In this document: positions 12,626 to 24,609 of the stretch, piece by piece | How the letters are laid out: each line of letters begins with the position of its first letter | How positions within the stretch are numbered: the first letter of the stretch is position 1 | Assembly: GCA_036172245.1 (NCBI GenBank) | Contig: JAYWIR010000001.1 | Location: 11,346,001-11,410,000, forward strand | DNA: 64,000 bases | Direction: 5' to 3' | DNA from: Raillietiella orientalis | Lineage: Eukaryota | Notes under the pieces: generated by a model | Databases searched by the model: none | Told to the model about the DNA's origin: nothing | The model's input: the letters and a program-made list of their open reading frames with translations, nothing else | Position numbers and translations under genes: made by a program

Positions 12626-13335
12626 CGAACTGGAGTCTTTCACTTTGTGTCAAAAAAATTCCGGATGTACTTAAAGGAGTAACGTTTTGCTCCAAAATGT
12701 GCAACTTTTACGCAACTGAAAGCGAATGCGCTGAATTCTATTCATAAACATAAACTTTTGTACTAATTTAAAAGGTCATAATGTGTATGGAAAAAACAAA
12801 AATGCTTGTCAGAGTGCACTGCATATATATGGTTCATTTTCGTTTCATACTTATAGTTTTCTAATCATCCTGCCCTTATAGTATCTGTTCACACCATTTA
12901 TAAATAGTAAAAACATCTGAGTAAGATAAAATGATGTACAATGTACACAACTGCATTATGGCTCAAGATATTGTTCTATGGATGAAGTATTTGAATCTTT
13001 TCATGAATGATCATTTTCTGGAATGAGTGTCCCAATGTATGCAGAATAATAGAGTATTTATACTGGAATTAAAACCAGACAACTCCTGACATATTATGTA
13101 ATGCATATGCGCTGAATACCTTCCAATCTCATGATTGACCCAATTGTACTTTGCATTGTAGCTGGTAGCTGTAATCTCCACACCTCCCCATGATCTTCAC
13201 CCACTCCTGACTTCAATATCACATAATCAAAACCTGTGCTTATCGTTGCGTTGTTCACATTTCTTGATACATTCTGTTTTTCTGCTGTTCCCTTGGACTG
13301 CTGCTTTTCTTTGAAAAAAAGAAAAACTACTGCAT

Positions 13336-14353
13336 TCACTTATGTGACTGATCCAAAATCTGAAAAAGAAAATGGCAGAAAATGAAAAACTGATATGAAA
13401 TAACTGCCAAGGACACAGGCTGAAATACCTGTTTTGTGCTTTCCCAAGTGATATATGTATGATCAGGTTGGATGAAAGAAACCACCCTATTGTACAGGCT
13501 TTTTTGGCACTGCAATTGAGCACTCAACAGATGGGCATGATCTTTTAATGCATTATTAAGTAATGATAAAATTGGAGTTTTGTTGTTTTCTTGTATCAGT
13601 AATTTCATGTTTGTAACATTGTTGCCAGATTTCAAATTATCATTTCTCTCTACATATTGGTGTGGGAACTTGGTATTTTCATCATCACCACCTTGATGGC
13701 AATGCTGTGGGGAGGACCTAGTGTTTTCGTCATTCTTCACTTTCACTTCATCAGAACTACAAGGAGCTGAGAGTCTGCAAATCAGTGCTGCAACAGCATC
13801 CCTGCTGCAATTATCAGCGATATTTGCCTGTAGGTTCTGCCCATCTTTTGAAGACCGAGTGCTTTGGATCACATTGGAATTATCCTCATCCTGACTCTCA
13901 AAAGATTCATTTTCATACTCAGCCTCAGATTTTAGATCAGCAATACTATGGATTGGATTATTGAAATCAGAAGAGTAAGTTGAGTTCTCTTGTTGATTCA
14001 ATTCAACATGTACACTGTGTTTTGAATTAGTTCCACACAATAAACTTAAGGAATGAATTTCCCTGAGCAATTGGTTGGGATTATCAGATAGTGAGAACTG
14101 TTCATTTTCAGCAGAAGAGTCCTCCTTGCATTCTGTTTCGTAAAGGTGGACATTATCATATATACTATTAATTTCACAATTATTCTCTGCAAAAGGATCC
14201 TTGCAGGCAGTACCATGATTTCCATGGAGTCCATCAGGGTGTGTTTTTTCATAAAGAGTTTGAAGATACAACTAACAATACTCAGAATTACCTTCTTTCT
14301 AACTACTATCTTACTTCTATTTCATCGTTCTTCGAAAATGCTGTTTTGGCCAT
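13336..14353 (-). CDS. Uncharacterised acidic N/S/E/D-rich protein, ~301 aa (324 aa if the last intron is retained)
   Basis: Exon 1 is 14353-14315 (MAKTAFSKNDEIE). A 43-nt intron 14314-14272 (GTAAG...TTAG) joins it in phase 0 to the 311-aa ORF 14271-13336. A probable in-frame 69-nt intron lies at 13428-13360 (GTATTT...TTTTCAG). A long stop-free frame in AT-rich DNA is unlikely by chance. Confidence 0.8.
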
Positions 14354-14619
14354 CTATAGTTCACTTGGATACTAGCTAGATCAGCACAAGAGGTAGGCAT
14401 ATAGTAGTAGAAGGGAAGTACTGTGACCTGCAGAACTGTAAAAGAGTAATTATATTGATATGCGTGTCACTCGGGTACGATTACTCAGAATTGTGTTCTG
14501 TCAATTTTTTTTTCTGGCTAATTCCTCAGCATTTTCACCAGCTATTTTTCATACCATGACTGTAAATCTCTTGTTATCAAAATGCACTTACAATCCGCAT
14601 TTACTTCACAGAACTAACG

Positions 14620-15230
14620 GAATCCTAATTCCCGGGAAGGTTGAAAGTGGCAATAACTCGACCGTTATTTCGGATATGCACCAAATTAACAGACTGTTTC
14701 ACGCGGATATCCGCATGCCGCGTGATTTTGGTGACGAAGAACGGAACCTCCCATCAGCAGTTCTTAACCTCACCCAGTTTCGCTACTTTCAACTTTTTTT
14801 CACGTTCGACGCGAAAATCACGGACCACATCTCCCGATGACGAGAGGCAGGAAAGGGGAGCAAAACGAAGAGGTCAGGAAACAACTCACATGAGCAGCTG
14901 CAGGTTGTCTTCTTCACCGCCCGCTTTCCGTCCGGGCCTTCGGCCGCCCGCGCTCGCCCGCGGTGTACGCGAACTTCCGTTCCCTGACCGCTTCGAGCAA
15001 CGCGAAAACACCCATCGCAACCGGGGCTCCTAGAACACCCCCCGCACACACCAAAAGTGCAAACGGCGATCACTTCCCTCAAACCTGGATGCGGGAACGT
15101 CGCTTCCCAGGACGGTCCCTAGGCTGCGACGCGGTTTCCTGGCAACGCGCGAGAAGCCACGCGGCACGCTGGGGGCCCTGCGGAAGGAGCTTCCCCGGGT
15201 CTCGAAAAGATGCCTTCTTTTTGCATAAAC
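14620..15230. promoter_or_regulatory. CpG-rich candidate promoter, possibly bidirectional
   Basis: CpG-rich block immediately 5' of the minus-strand gene, between CpG-poor gene body and plus-strand gene-like sequence. ETS-like ACTTCCG at ~14973. Confidence 0.3.
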
Positions 15231-15234
15231 GTTA

Positions 15235-18200
15235 GGGAACTTCTGACTCTTCTGGAAGAAACAGCTCCACCCGAATTACAATGTCACGTTTTTCCATATG
15301 GGAAATACACCGAGACCTTCAAGAAGCTCAGGAGAGGTGGTTTTTGGGTATAGTTTTCAACTAGCAATAATCGCGCCTCCCTGAAGATCAGCGGCGGCGA
15401 TACTGCCCGTGAGCAAGGTGGTGGTTGGTGGCCTCTTCTTCTTCTTCTATTTCTTTTTTTTATTTTCAACTCGGATGCACTCTCAGACGGGCAGGCATGA
15501 GGAAGCTACTTAAAGACACTGCTAGCTTCATTAGGTGGCAGTAAGAGCAGCAAGAAGAGGATGAAGAAATACAAACACAAACGAGTAAATAATATTCCGA
15601 GACATCTGATACTGGGAACACAAAATTTATGTACAGTCTCGGAAACTTTTAGATACCTATATATAAATCTACACAACTTTAGGACCAACTTTTGGATGGG
15701 CGTGATGTTATTTATGAGGCTGCCTATGTCGCCGCTTCAGCAGGCTATTAGCAGTCTTGCAGCGTCCTTTTTGTCCGTTTCTGAGATTCATCCGGTTTCA
15801 TGCAAATCACGAACGAAAATTATTATTATTATTACATAAACATATAAATTCAATAGCACAAATTGATATGCATCCAACTGGACATAATTAAATTTAATGC
15901 AAATTCAATATCATAGAATTGAGAATCCGCACGATTGCATGTTTTGCGAAGTGGGTGTTTTCTTTACTTTTCCTTTTTTAAAAAAAAAAAAAAACATTTT
16001 AGTGTGTTCCATCGCCGTGCTCAGTTTGTGGATCTGGATGTCACCAGGTACCTTCTCAGATCGTTGACAAATACCGTTACGGAAGCTACTGGCAGGAACA
16101 ACAGCAGCTTTCAGTGTTTCTTTGTCGATGACGTGGGGTTCAGTTCAAACACACAAATCAGCCGAATCGACTTTGATTTTAATAAAGAAGGGACACCGGG
16201 TTGGCAACCGCCCGAAGACCCAGGCAAAGATTTTTTCCGAGAATCTTCTGCCCTGAGCAACCTCACAGGAGCAAATCATCCTCACCTTGGCAATCGACTC
16301 CGCTGCATTCAGGAGCTGCCTAATTACGGAAAGAACGGAGATTACGAAATCTTTGGTACTTCTCACGTTGCGAAAAGGATGCTTCCGTTTCGAAGCTGGT
16401 GTCGAAAAAAATCTTCGAGAAGCGCGGTAGCTGCACACGCCATAAAAATACGCTTGCAGCAGTTCTCAAAGGAGTGCAACGGAAAGCTCCTTTTCACTGA
16501 CTTCTTATGCAACCTATAATTGTAGAGGGAAATGATTGTGGTAAGGAGAACGAAGGAACCAAAAGCACATTGGTTTCAGTAAGGATTGATTTGCGAAACT
16601 CCGCTGCCCGTGTTTACAAGTAAAAGTTCAACATCCGATTTACTCGACAGTAACTTTTGGAAAGCGCTGGATTGCAAAGTTGCTATTGGCAACTTCTTGC
16701 ATCAGAAGATAACTGTGTCATCGGAACCACAACAAACAGCGCGCACGAAGCGAAGCAAAGGTGACGGGTTAATATACGATCGGTAAGCTCTAGAAATAAA
16801 ATACCTTTTCTCAAATTTCAGATTGTTTCATCTACCTCAGGAATCAAAAGGTGCATTCTATCAGTCCAAACCGCAACTTAAAAAAGGTCCAAGAAATGTG
16901 CCCCTTTGATGACAGAGTGCGAAAGAAATGTGGAGGCTGTTCTGCACTGTTGCCCCGCAATCAAGACGTGCTCGCAGATACAAGAACAGGATCTACGAGA
17001 ATACGGCAGCACATACCAAACAACAAGTCATAATTTGTCATTAGTCCATGGTTCAGCTAAGCATGCTGTCGACTCAAGGAAACCCTCTATCCTTTTAGAA
17101 AGTTCCTTAGGAAGGCTTTTCGATTGCAATGGGCGAAGCTTCTATCATTTCAGTGACCCACACACGTTCTGAACGTACACTCTTTCCTGTGGGTTAACTT
17201 CATAAGTGATCAGAAAGCGGACGAGCACAAACCACTGGGATTCTGTAAGAGAGAACGAGTACGATGCCCCGTGATTTCACATGAGCGTCCAAAGAAAGGA
17301 CATGGCCTGTCGGTCCTTTCGCGTAAAGATTCAAAGCTAAAACTCCTCTTGAACTGCTTTCTCAAGTTCACCGTCATCACTTTGGAGCCGTGGGCGGCTT
17401 GGAACCTACCGACCTCGCATCTTCATCAGACATCCAATAAATGGAAAGCTGGTTGAATTTGATCTGCAGCTTCCGGCTTCTCTCTTATGCCAGCCAGACT
17501 CTCGGAATGATGGAAAGGAAAAGGTACACCACTGCCATGGAACAAGCGGGTAGCAACAGATTGAAAATAAGATCCACGTCGCCGTTGGTAGAGGGTCAAA
17601 CTGCAACCGTGTCGAAGCGCAAGAAAGCAGTTCAGAACGGCAGCTTTGCTTCGCGAGCTCCACGTTGCACTGCACGAGGTCAGTTCCGGAATTATCTGGG
17701 TAGCTTCCCCACTTTCCAGAGCCAGGTCTTCCCGATCTGGCGGCAAGGAAGTGAAACCAGACGAGAGCGCAAAAGAGGATAGGGACGACCAAAAGGCTCT
17801 TCGAGCCAGTCAACGCACCAGTCTCCTGGTGGTCTTAATCAATGCCAGAGGGCACTGATGAACACGAATAGACTGCTTTCTCCTGACCTTCGTTTCTGAC
17901 AGGAATGGAGGAGAGAAGAAAGTGGGAGGCGAGGAATTTCATCGCGAACGTTCCGCAAGAAAACGGTAGGAGCAGCAGCATCCACCGAGTCGCTCTTTGT
18001 TTTGACAACCAAGACAAAACCAGCGCATTTCTGCTCATCCCATTCTTGGGAACAAATGAGAAGCCTCTGGCAGTCGTCCGCTGGTCAAGAGCAGTTGCTA
18101 TGCGCGGAGCGAAAGCGAACACACGAGGTGGCCTTCTGATTTTTCTTTCTTTTCGGTTGCCTCTGTTGATCTTTTGCTGTTGTCTCTCTCTCTCCCCTCT

Positions 18201-18290
18201 CCGCTTCAAGGATCGAAGCCTCCCTTGACCGTCACTGGGAAGCAGTTGCCAAGAAGAACCAGGCATTCGAGCGGGAAGCCAGATCTTGAG
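15235..18290 (+). CDS. Intron-rich gene-like region (one or more genes), product unknown
   Basis: 194-aa ORF 15935..16519, repeated GTAAG donors with TTTCAG acceptors (e.g. ~16541-16579 and ~16782-16821), and pyrimidine-rich acceptors at ~15486 and ~18210. No consistent full model obtained. Confidence 0.3.
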
Positions 18291-18549
18291 CCCGTGGGAG
18301 AATGGGGGAGATTCCTGCCTGAGAAACGAAGAGTGGCGTGATGGTGGGGTGGTGCGGACTGCGGAAAAGTGGGAGCTATTCAGCAGTTCGTCGCCATGAC
18401 CTTTTCGTGGCCATTTATTCTTTCTTTCTTTTTTCCAGCGCGCCACTCTTCGTGGTGGCGATAGCAGCTCATCACGAGCGCGGAAGCTGCGAGTGTGACT
18501 GCTCATATGCTGCCATCTCGGGGGACGTTTCCGCACCAGTCGCTCGCCC

Positions 18550-20500
18550 CTAGAGAGGGCGGCAGCTTTCGGCAGTTTTACGGCTGCGGCCCAGGTTTCC
18601 CATAGGGCACCCAATCCATGGATTTGTGCAGCAGCGTACGCGCGACAAAGTGCTTGGGGAGTTTCGGCTTCGTGTGGTTCTCATATCTTGCAGAGAGCAA
18701 CGCGGTCCAGGGAACGCTTGCGACTGGAAGTCGAAAGACGTTCCTCGAGGAATTCCAGTCTTCTTTCATCATGGCGACGACCTCCGAGTGTCCGGAACCA
18801 CTGGTCATCGTCCCGACTTGCGCAGTGGGGAACGCTCCTGAATCCTGAGCAGCGCTCGGGGCAGACCGTGATATCGGGGCAGATGTGCGGCGGCACGGAC
18901 CAGGGAGAAGGCCGCCCGGGCGTGCGGAGAGTCCACCGCACGTCCGGGTGAAGCATGCGGGGAGCTTCCGCTCGCGGAGCCGGCAAAAAAATGGCCGCAG
19001 GTCCTCTGATGACCCGCTGGTGGCTGAGAGAAAAAGGGAGGATGGAACAGCGTGAAGGAGAGTCTTCAGCCCCACGATGTCAGCGTGTCAGCAGGGGCGC
19101 TCAAGGAGTTCGGCTACTCGTAAAGGGAGGGGAGGGGGGTAACACGGATGCCGCCTCTCGGGAGACACGCTCTCGGGACGCAGGAGATAGCTGAGCGGAG
19201 GGCGGGTCAAAGCGCCCGGTCGGAGAGACCCCAGCCCGCTTCGGCTAAGCGTCCCCGAAATTCGGTAGGCGGGAATTCCTGGAGAGACCGCCTTCCTCGG
19301 CAGGCGGTGCGCTCCAGGAGAAGAGCTGCGCGACCCGCCGGCTGGCCTCCGTGGCCGGAGTTAGCCCTGGGTGAAGCTGGAGTGTGCGGGAGGACTCTGT
19401 GGAAGGGCCGGACGGTGCTGGGGAAACGCCAATCCCACCGACCGGGCGGCGTTTCGAAGAGGACGAGCAGCCACGGCCCGAGGAGCCCCGCAGCAAGGGG
19501 CGGCGCCCACCTCGTGCCCTGTGGGCCTCCTCCTCCCTCTCCTTTTCTCTTGGCGGGGCAGGAGAGGGTCAATCCGAGGAGGTCGCCAGAAGCACCGACG
19601 CGCGACCACTCCTGACCAGCACCCCTCCCCGCAGCGCACGCGCACGCCGCACGGGGGCCACCTACGGCGTTTTTGGAGTTGCGTGCGCATCCCGGAGAGT
19701 GGGCTGGACGATCGAAATAGCAGATCGCTCCTTGCCACTCGCGGGGCCGAGGGCGCATCTGGGAGCAGCCCTTCCAGACGGCCTGCCTATGGAAAACGTC
19801 GGGCCCACGAGCCCCCTGACCAGACCGGGGACTCGTGGAACTTCTCCTTCGGCCTCGCGGGATGCGGAAGTCGCGGAGTTCCTCTCTAGCAAGGAGGGGG
19901 CCAGCAGAGAGTTGGACTAGGAAGGTCTCGGTGGCGTCCCTCCCCACCAAGGGATGGTCCCTCTCGCTGCTGCCTCCACTGGAGGCGTGGCTCCCGCTGC
20001 AGGGGATGGGGACGACTACCCGTCGGCAGCGGCAGTCTCCCTGCCTCGCTTGGCCGCTTTGTCGACGGACGGAAGGGCTGGGGCCACATCCTCGCGGGTC
20101 TCGTGGGATGAAAAAGGGTAACAAAAGGAGGGGCTTTTGGCCCGTCCTTTGTTTATGGCCCATCTGTCCGAGCGTTGCATTTTGCTGCGAGGCATCTCCG
20201 CTGCTGCCCTGAGGGGCTGAGCGGCCCGCAGGACAGCAGTACTGGGCCCACCTTCTTGCCTGCGTCTGCCCTTCCGTGAGCGGAGGAGGAGGAGGGGGGG
20301 TCTTCCAGGAAGTGGGGGGGCGCTTACGAGGGCTCTGGGGCGGGTCTTCGCGCGCCCGCGATGACGGTCCTGACTACTCCTTGGCTACCGCGACTGTCTC
20401 TTTCTTTTGGGAAAGGGAAGGGGGAAAGCACCAGGGCGACGACGTCCGACGCTAGAGTCCCCGCGAGACCGATGTTGGCACACCGCATCATCCCGGCAAG
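18550..20500 (-). mobile_element. Near full-length decayed Penelope-like element (RT plus GIY-YIG)
   Basis: Collinear remnants: TLASDVVAL (motif A, cf. LVSFDVVSL), LPTGSRPHPL (motif B), RDATETFLV (cf. RYVDDTFVI), EELRDF, EWQGAICYFD (cf. E.DG.LPFLD), RLAEAGW, GSSEDLRPFF (cf. GLSEKLRRIL), TALLSARYENH (cf. SALAEH...H). These come from ORFs 20324..20977, 19886..20089, 19207..20163 and 18578..19075. Confidence 0.7.
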
Positions 20501-21099
20501 GTACCTGCAAGACCGCCGATCGCGACTTCCCGCGCACGGGTGCGCAGGCACTCGATCAGCTCTCCCGGAATGCGTCTCGGAGGTTCTTCCCTCCGCCTCC
20601 TTCGGGATGGAGGCGACCCTCCTCGTGGAGTGCGGCCACGGCGCCCGGCGACTTGCGGCAAGCCGTCTCTCCGGGGTGCTAGCGGGCGAGCTGCGGACCA
20701 GGGGATGGGGGCGGAGGGATCTCGCTGGAATCGCCAAGCAAAGGGGACATAGGGAGCCTCCTGCAGGGACCTGCCTCAGGGGAGCTTTAAGGGGCTCAGA
20801 TGGCGGTAGGAGGGGAAACGACGGTGTCCTGGCGAGAGGAGAGCAAGCGGCATCTCCATCGTGCACTCCCGGCTCCGCATCCACGTGTGCGAGGGCGGAC
20901 GGAGGCGGAGTGAGCCTCCAGGGATAGGGGCAGGAGGGGGTGAACGGGCTGGGTCTCGGAAGACAGGAGAAGGGCAAGGTGAGCAGAAGGGGTCAAAGGG
21001 GTGGAACTCGGGGGCGGTGCGCTCTTCGGCATGGAGCGGCAGAGGAACTTGTGCGGCCGTCTCCGTCAGCTCTCCGTCCCCATCTCCCTTGGGGAGCGG

Positions 21100-21460
21100 C
21101 TCGAAGGTCTCCCGATCCCCTCTCAGTGGCAGCGGTCGCAGCAGGATGGAAGGGCCAGAAGGGAAGCTCCTCAGGAGTTGCGCCTATCGCCAAACCCCCA
21201 GAATCCTGGGAGCGTCCGTCTCCTCGGCACTGAGCCCCGTCCATAGGCGCTCGGACCCGGAGTCCAGAGGACCCTCACCCCTTCCCTCTCGGAGAGAAAG
21301 GGCAATGTTCTTCCGGCCCCGTGCAGCTGGGACCGTCCTGTATCCACGCCTGGAAAAGGAAACAGGGCTATCTCTTTTTCTACTGCACCGATAGGGGGCG
21401 GCACAGGGTCCGGGAGACCCTCTTAGCGATGGGGGTTGCGGTGGATGTAGGGCGCCTCTG
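21100..21460 (+). mobile_element. PLE relic fragment (RT thumb)
   Basis: GKLLRSCAYRQTP (cf. G.LKTSVYRKPT), RERAMFF, LEKE, and RVRETLLAMG (cf. I...L..NGY). Confidence 0.45.
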
Positions 21461-21779
21461 TAGAGACAGAAGTGTACCGCCTAAGGAAACCCACCAGCCG
21501 CCGCTGCCGTCCAGCGTCGTGTGACGTCATGCGACGGTCACTTGGAAGGGACCTCTAGCGTGTAGGATGCGCCCTTCCTGGTGACCAAGGGCGAATTTGC
21601 CCCCTTCCTGTGCTCATCACGCGCGGGTTCGTCGTCCACTCGCGTGGACGACGAACCTCGCGGGGTTCGAGTCGCGTCCCGCGCTCCCGCCATCTCTTGC
21701 CGAATCGTTGGACTTTCCTGCCCCTGCGCTCACGTCTTCTTCTCCGCGGCGACCCCGGGCCGATGCTGACGCGACCCCT

Positions 21780-22110
21780 CTTCGTTCATCCATCCTCGGA
21801 GACACCCTCGCTTCCGATCCTAAAAGCCTTCTTTGAAAATCAAATGGGCAAGGGGGAGAGGGAGGGGAAAAGAGGATCGTCAGCGGTTCTCCTGAGAAGG
21901 GCGGCTGATCGCTCAGAGATGGTTCTGGATAGGACACTCCCGTCTCTTCCACACATACAGAGACACAGTCAGCGTCCTCGTGCCACTTCTTCCTCTTGTC
22001 CCTTCCTCTCGACTGCGGACTGGAAGGCGGGGTGGTCTTTGTGAAAGTCTGTGACGCGTTTCCCTAGCCTCCTGACTGGTCTCGCGGGGGGCAGGCGGTC
22101 CATTCATTTC
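21780..22110 (-). mobile_element. PLE relic fragment (RT motifs B-D)
   Basis: LLRRTADDPLF at 21899-21867 retains the DD pair (cf. WLRYVDDIF). It is followed by FQRRLLGSEARVSPRMDERRG (cf. F...LN..D..I.FTME.E.DG). Confidence 0.45.
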
Positions 22111-23639
22111 TGTAAGAGGCAGGAGTTCTCAGGAAGCTGTGCAGATGCCCTGCCCCCCTTCCCGAGACGCCACCGATGCATGACTACGCTCCTTCCGCGC
22201 TTCCTGGGCCGCTCCTCACGCGATACCATAAGGGCCCATCCTAGGAAAGAACGGAGTGTGGGGATGGGAATAGGATGAGGAAGCCGCCAGCTCCGCGCGG
22301 AGTGGAAGGGGCTATCGTAAAGGACAGCAGTCCCTTACGATGGCCCCTGTCTCCCCCCCTCCCACGATGGGAAGGAGGAAATTGGTAAGGGAGGATTTGC
22401 AACCCGCTCCTTAGATGGTCCCCGTTACTCAGACGACCGTCCACACCGCTGACTCGAATTTCCTCACGTTTTCCACTGAGAAAACTACGAAGAGGGTGAG
22501 TAGAGACCGTCTTTCAACAACTCTCTCTCTCACCTTCCCACCCCCTCTCCCCCCAAAACGCACCCTTTACTCCCACAGGGGGAGCTCTCTCAGTGAATCA
22601 ATGATGACGGTCGCCTCCGCGTTCGACCGATCGCGCGAGAGGCAGGGTACGTCACGGAATGGCGCGCTGCGGAAATGTGACGTTCCTGACAGCATTGTTG
22701 CTGGATACTGCATTGTTGATTGCCAGGCAACAGCGCGGAGTGTGCGCGCTTTTCCTATTGACCGGAAGCTGCGTGCACGCAATAGCTCTCTGCGCTGCCG
22801 AAGGTGCGAAGACGGCGACCGTCTCCCGTGGCAACAGTTGGCGATGGCAAGGCGAAGCAGGATATGGACTGGGGGAAGAGGGTAGGGGAGGGAAGAGAGC
22901 GTCCTGTTACGATCTGTTTCGGCGAACTCAAAAAAAGAAGAAAAAACGAAAAAGGGGGGATAAAAAAAAAAAAAACTGGAGGACTGAAAAGAAATGCGTG
23001 CGGACGAAGGTGAACAGCCCGCGAGGGGGCGTCATCGACTCTCCGAAGCCGATTCCCTCCTCTTGGCGTGCAGCGGCGTCTCAGCCTTCACCCGAGATCT
23101 CAAAAAGCGTCTCCAGTGCTGCCGAGAAGAACGGGCGACGACCGCTTTGCGTAGCGGTTTCTTTCTTTCTTTCTTTTTTCGCATCCCCCCCCCCCTCTTT
23201 TCCCTCGCGCCCGCCCGCGGAAAGCAGCCGCGTTCTCTCTGGAACGCCTCGGAACGTGCGGGCGCAGCGGGCGGCGCGATTGGGAGATCTTTCGTTGTTC
23301 GGTGCGGACGCGGCGGAAGAGCTGCGAATCCCCTTCTCTCCTCCATCCGGGAAGAGCGATCTCTTCGGCCGGGCAGGCGAGGGAAAGGGAGGACAAGCCA
23401 CGAGAGAACGAGCCCAAGACCATTAGCAAATTGCTTCCCTCGGCAGGAACACCAGCCGAGGCAAGCGCTGCAGATTTAGCAGATTTACGGTCTGGGAAGA
23501 TCTAGATCGGAAAACGGGAACGGCGACCAGGGAGGGGACACGCGCGCATCCCGCGGAAATCACGAGACGCTAAGTAAAAGAAGGATCGGTAAAAGGAAGA
23601 GTACCAACCCACTCTTCATCTGATGGTCGATTAGTCCGG

Positions 23640-23950
23640 ATGAAATGCATCCGGGCGACTCCGTTGGTTTTCGATGGCGCTGCAGGCGCGTAGACGCGGA
23701 AAACTTCGGCTGCAGTCGACAGCACTCTTGGAGACGGAGTCTGCTGGGTACCCCAGCCGCTTGCTCCTCGTCCTTCCTTCCTCTTCCCACGGAAGACGGA
23801 CGGCGATGTGTGCTGGCAACGACAGTCGGCCGGGAGGACGACGCAGAAACGCGCGCAGGAGGTCGTGGAAAGCGCGAGCTGCATTCCGACGGTGAACCAT
23901 GACGGGGGGGGACGTAGCGTGCGAAACGCCCCCGCTGTTCACACATCAGA
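23640..23950 (+). mobile_element. PLE GIY-YIG relic fragment
   Basis: DSVGFRWRCRRVDAENFGCSRQHSWRR (cf. S.VVYK..C..C.A.YIG.T.R.L..R). Confidence 0.35.
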
Positions 23951-24609
23951 GTCCATTCGCTTGAGGATCTGCGTGCTCTGGCAACCCTGCGCTCCGAGAG
24001 CCCGCCTGGAAGTCGGCGTTGCTGCGAACCCCGCGAACGAAAACGCGTGCGGAGCGGGGAAGTTTTTCTATAAATACACTCCGGGCCCGCGGCGGAGAGG
24101 CAGCCGTAGTTCCGACCCGTAGTTCCTGCGGTGCACCCGGTGTTCACCAGCGCGCACGCACGCACGCACCTCCGTCGTTTGGAGCCTCTTTGTTTTTCCA
24201 GCCTCTGTGCAGTAGGAGCAAAAAAGCCGATCCGCTCGCGTGAGCATCCGCCGCGCTCTGGTTTTTCGATGAGAAATGACGTCATTGGCCGCTTCCCCGT
24301 AAAGGAGAACTGCAGACAGGCTGGCAAAGGCATAGCTCTTCCGGACGTGGGTGCGCGCCGGTCCCTCTGCGTTCCGTGCTCTTCTTGGGAGCGTCTCGAT
24401 CGATTGTACACGGGAAAAAAAAAAAAAAAAAAAAACGGTTTCCACCTCTTTACATAATAAACAGCACTGCAAGCTCGGGTGCCGTACACAAGCAGCCGTT
24501 CGAAGCACGCAAGACTGCACGCGTCGGACGGTTCCAATACGGACTTGCAGATACGTGCGCGGGTCGAGTGAGCGGGTGTGTGTGTATTCCTGCGCGCGTT
24601 AGAGCGTAC

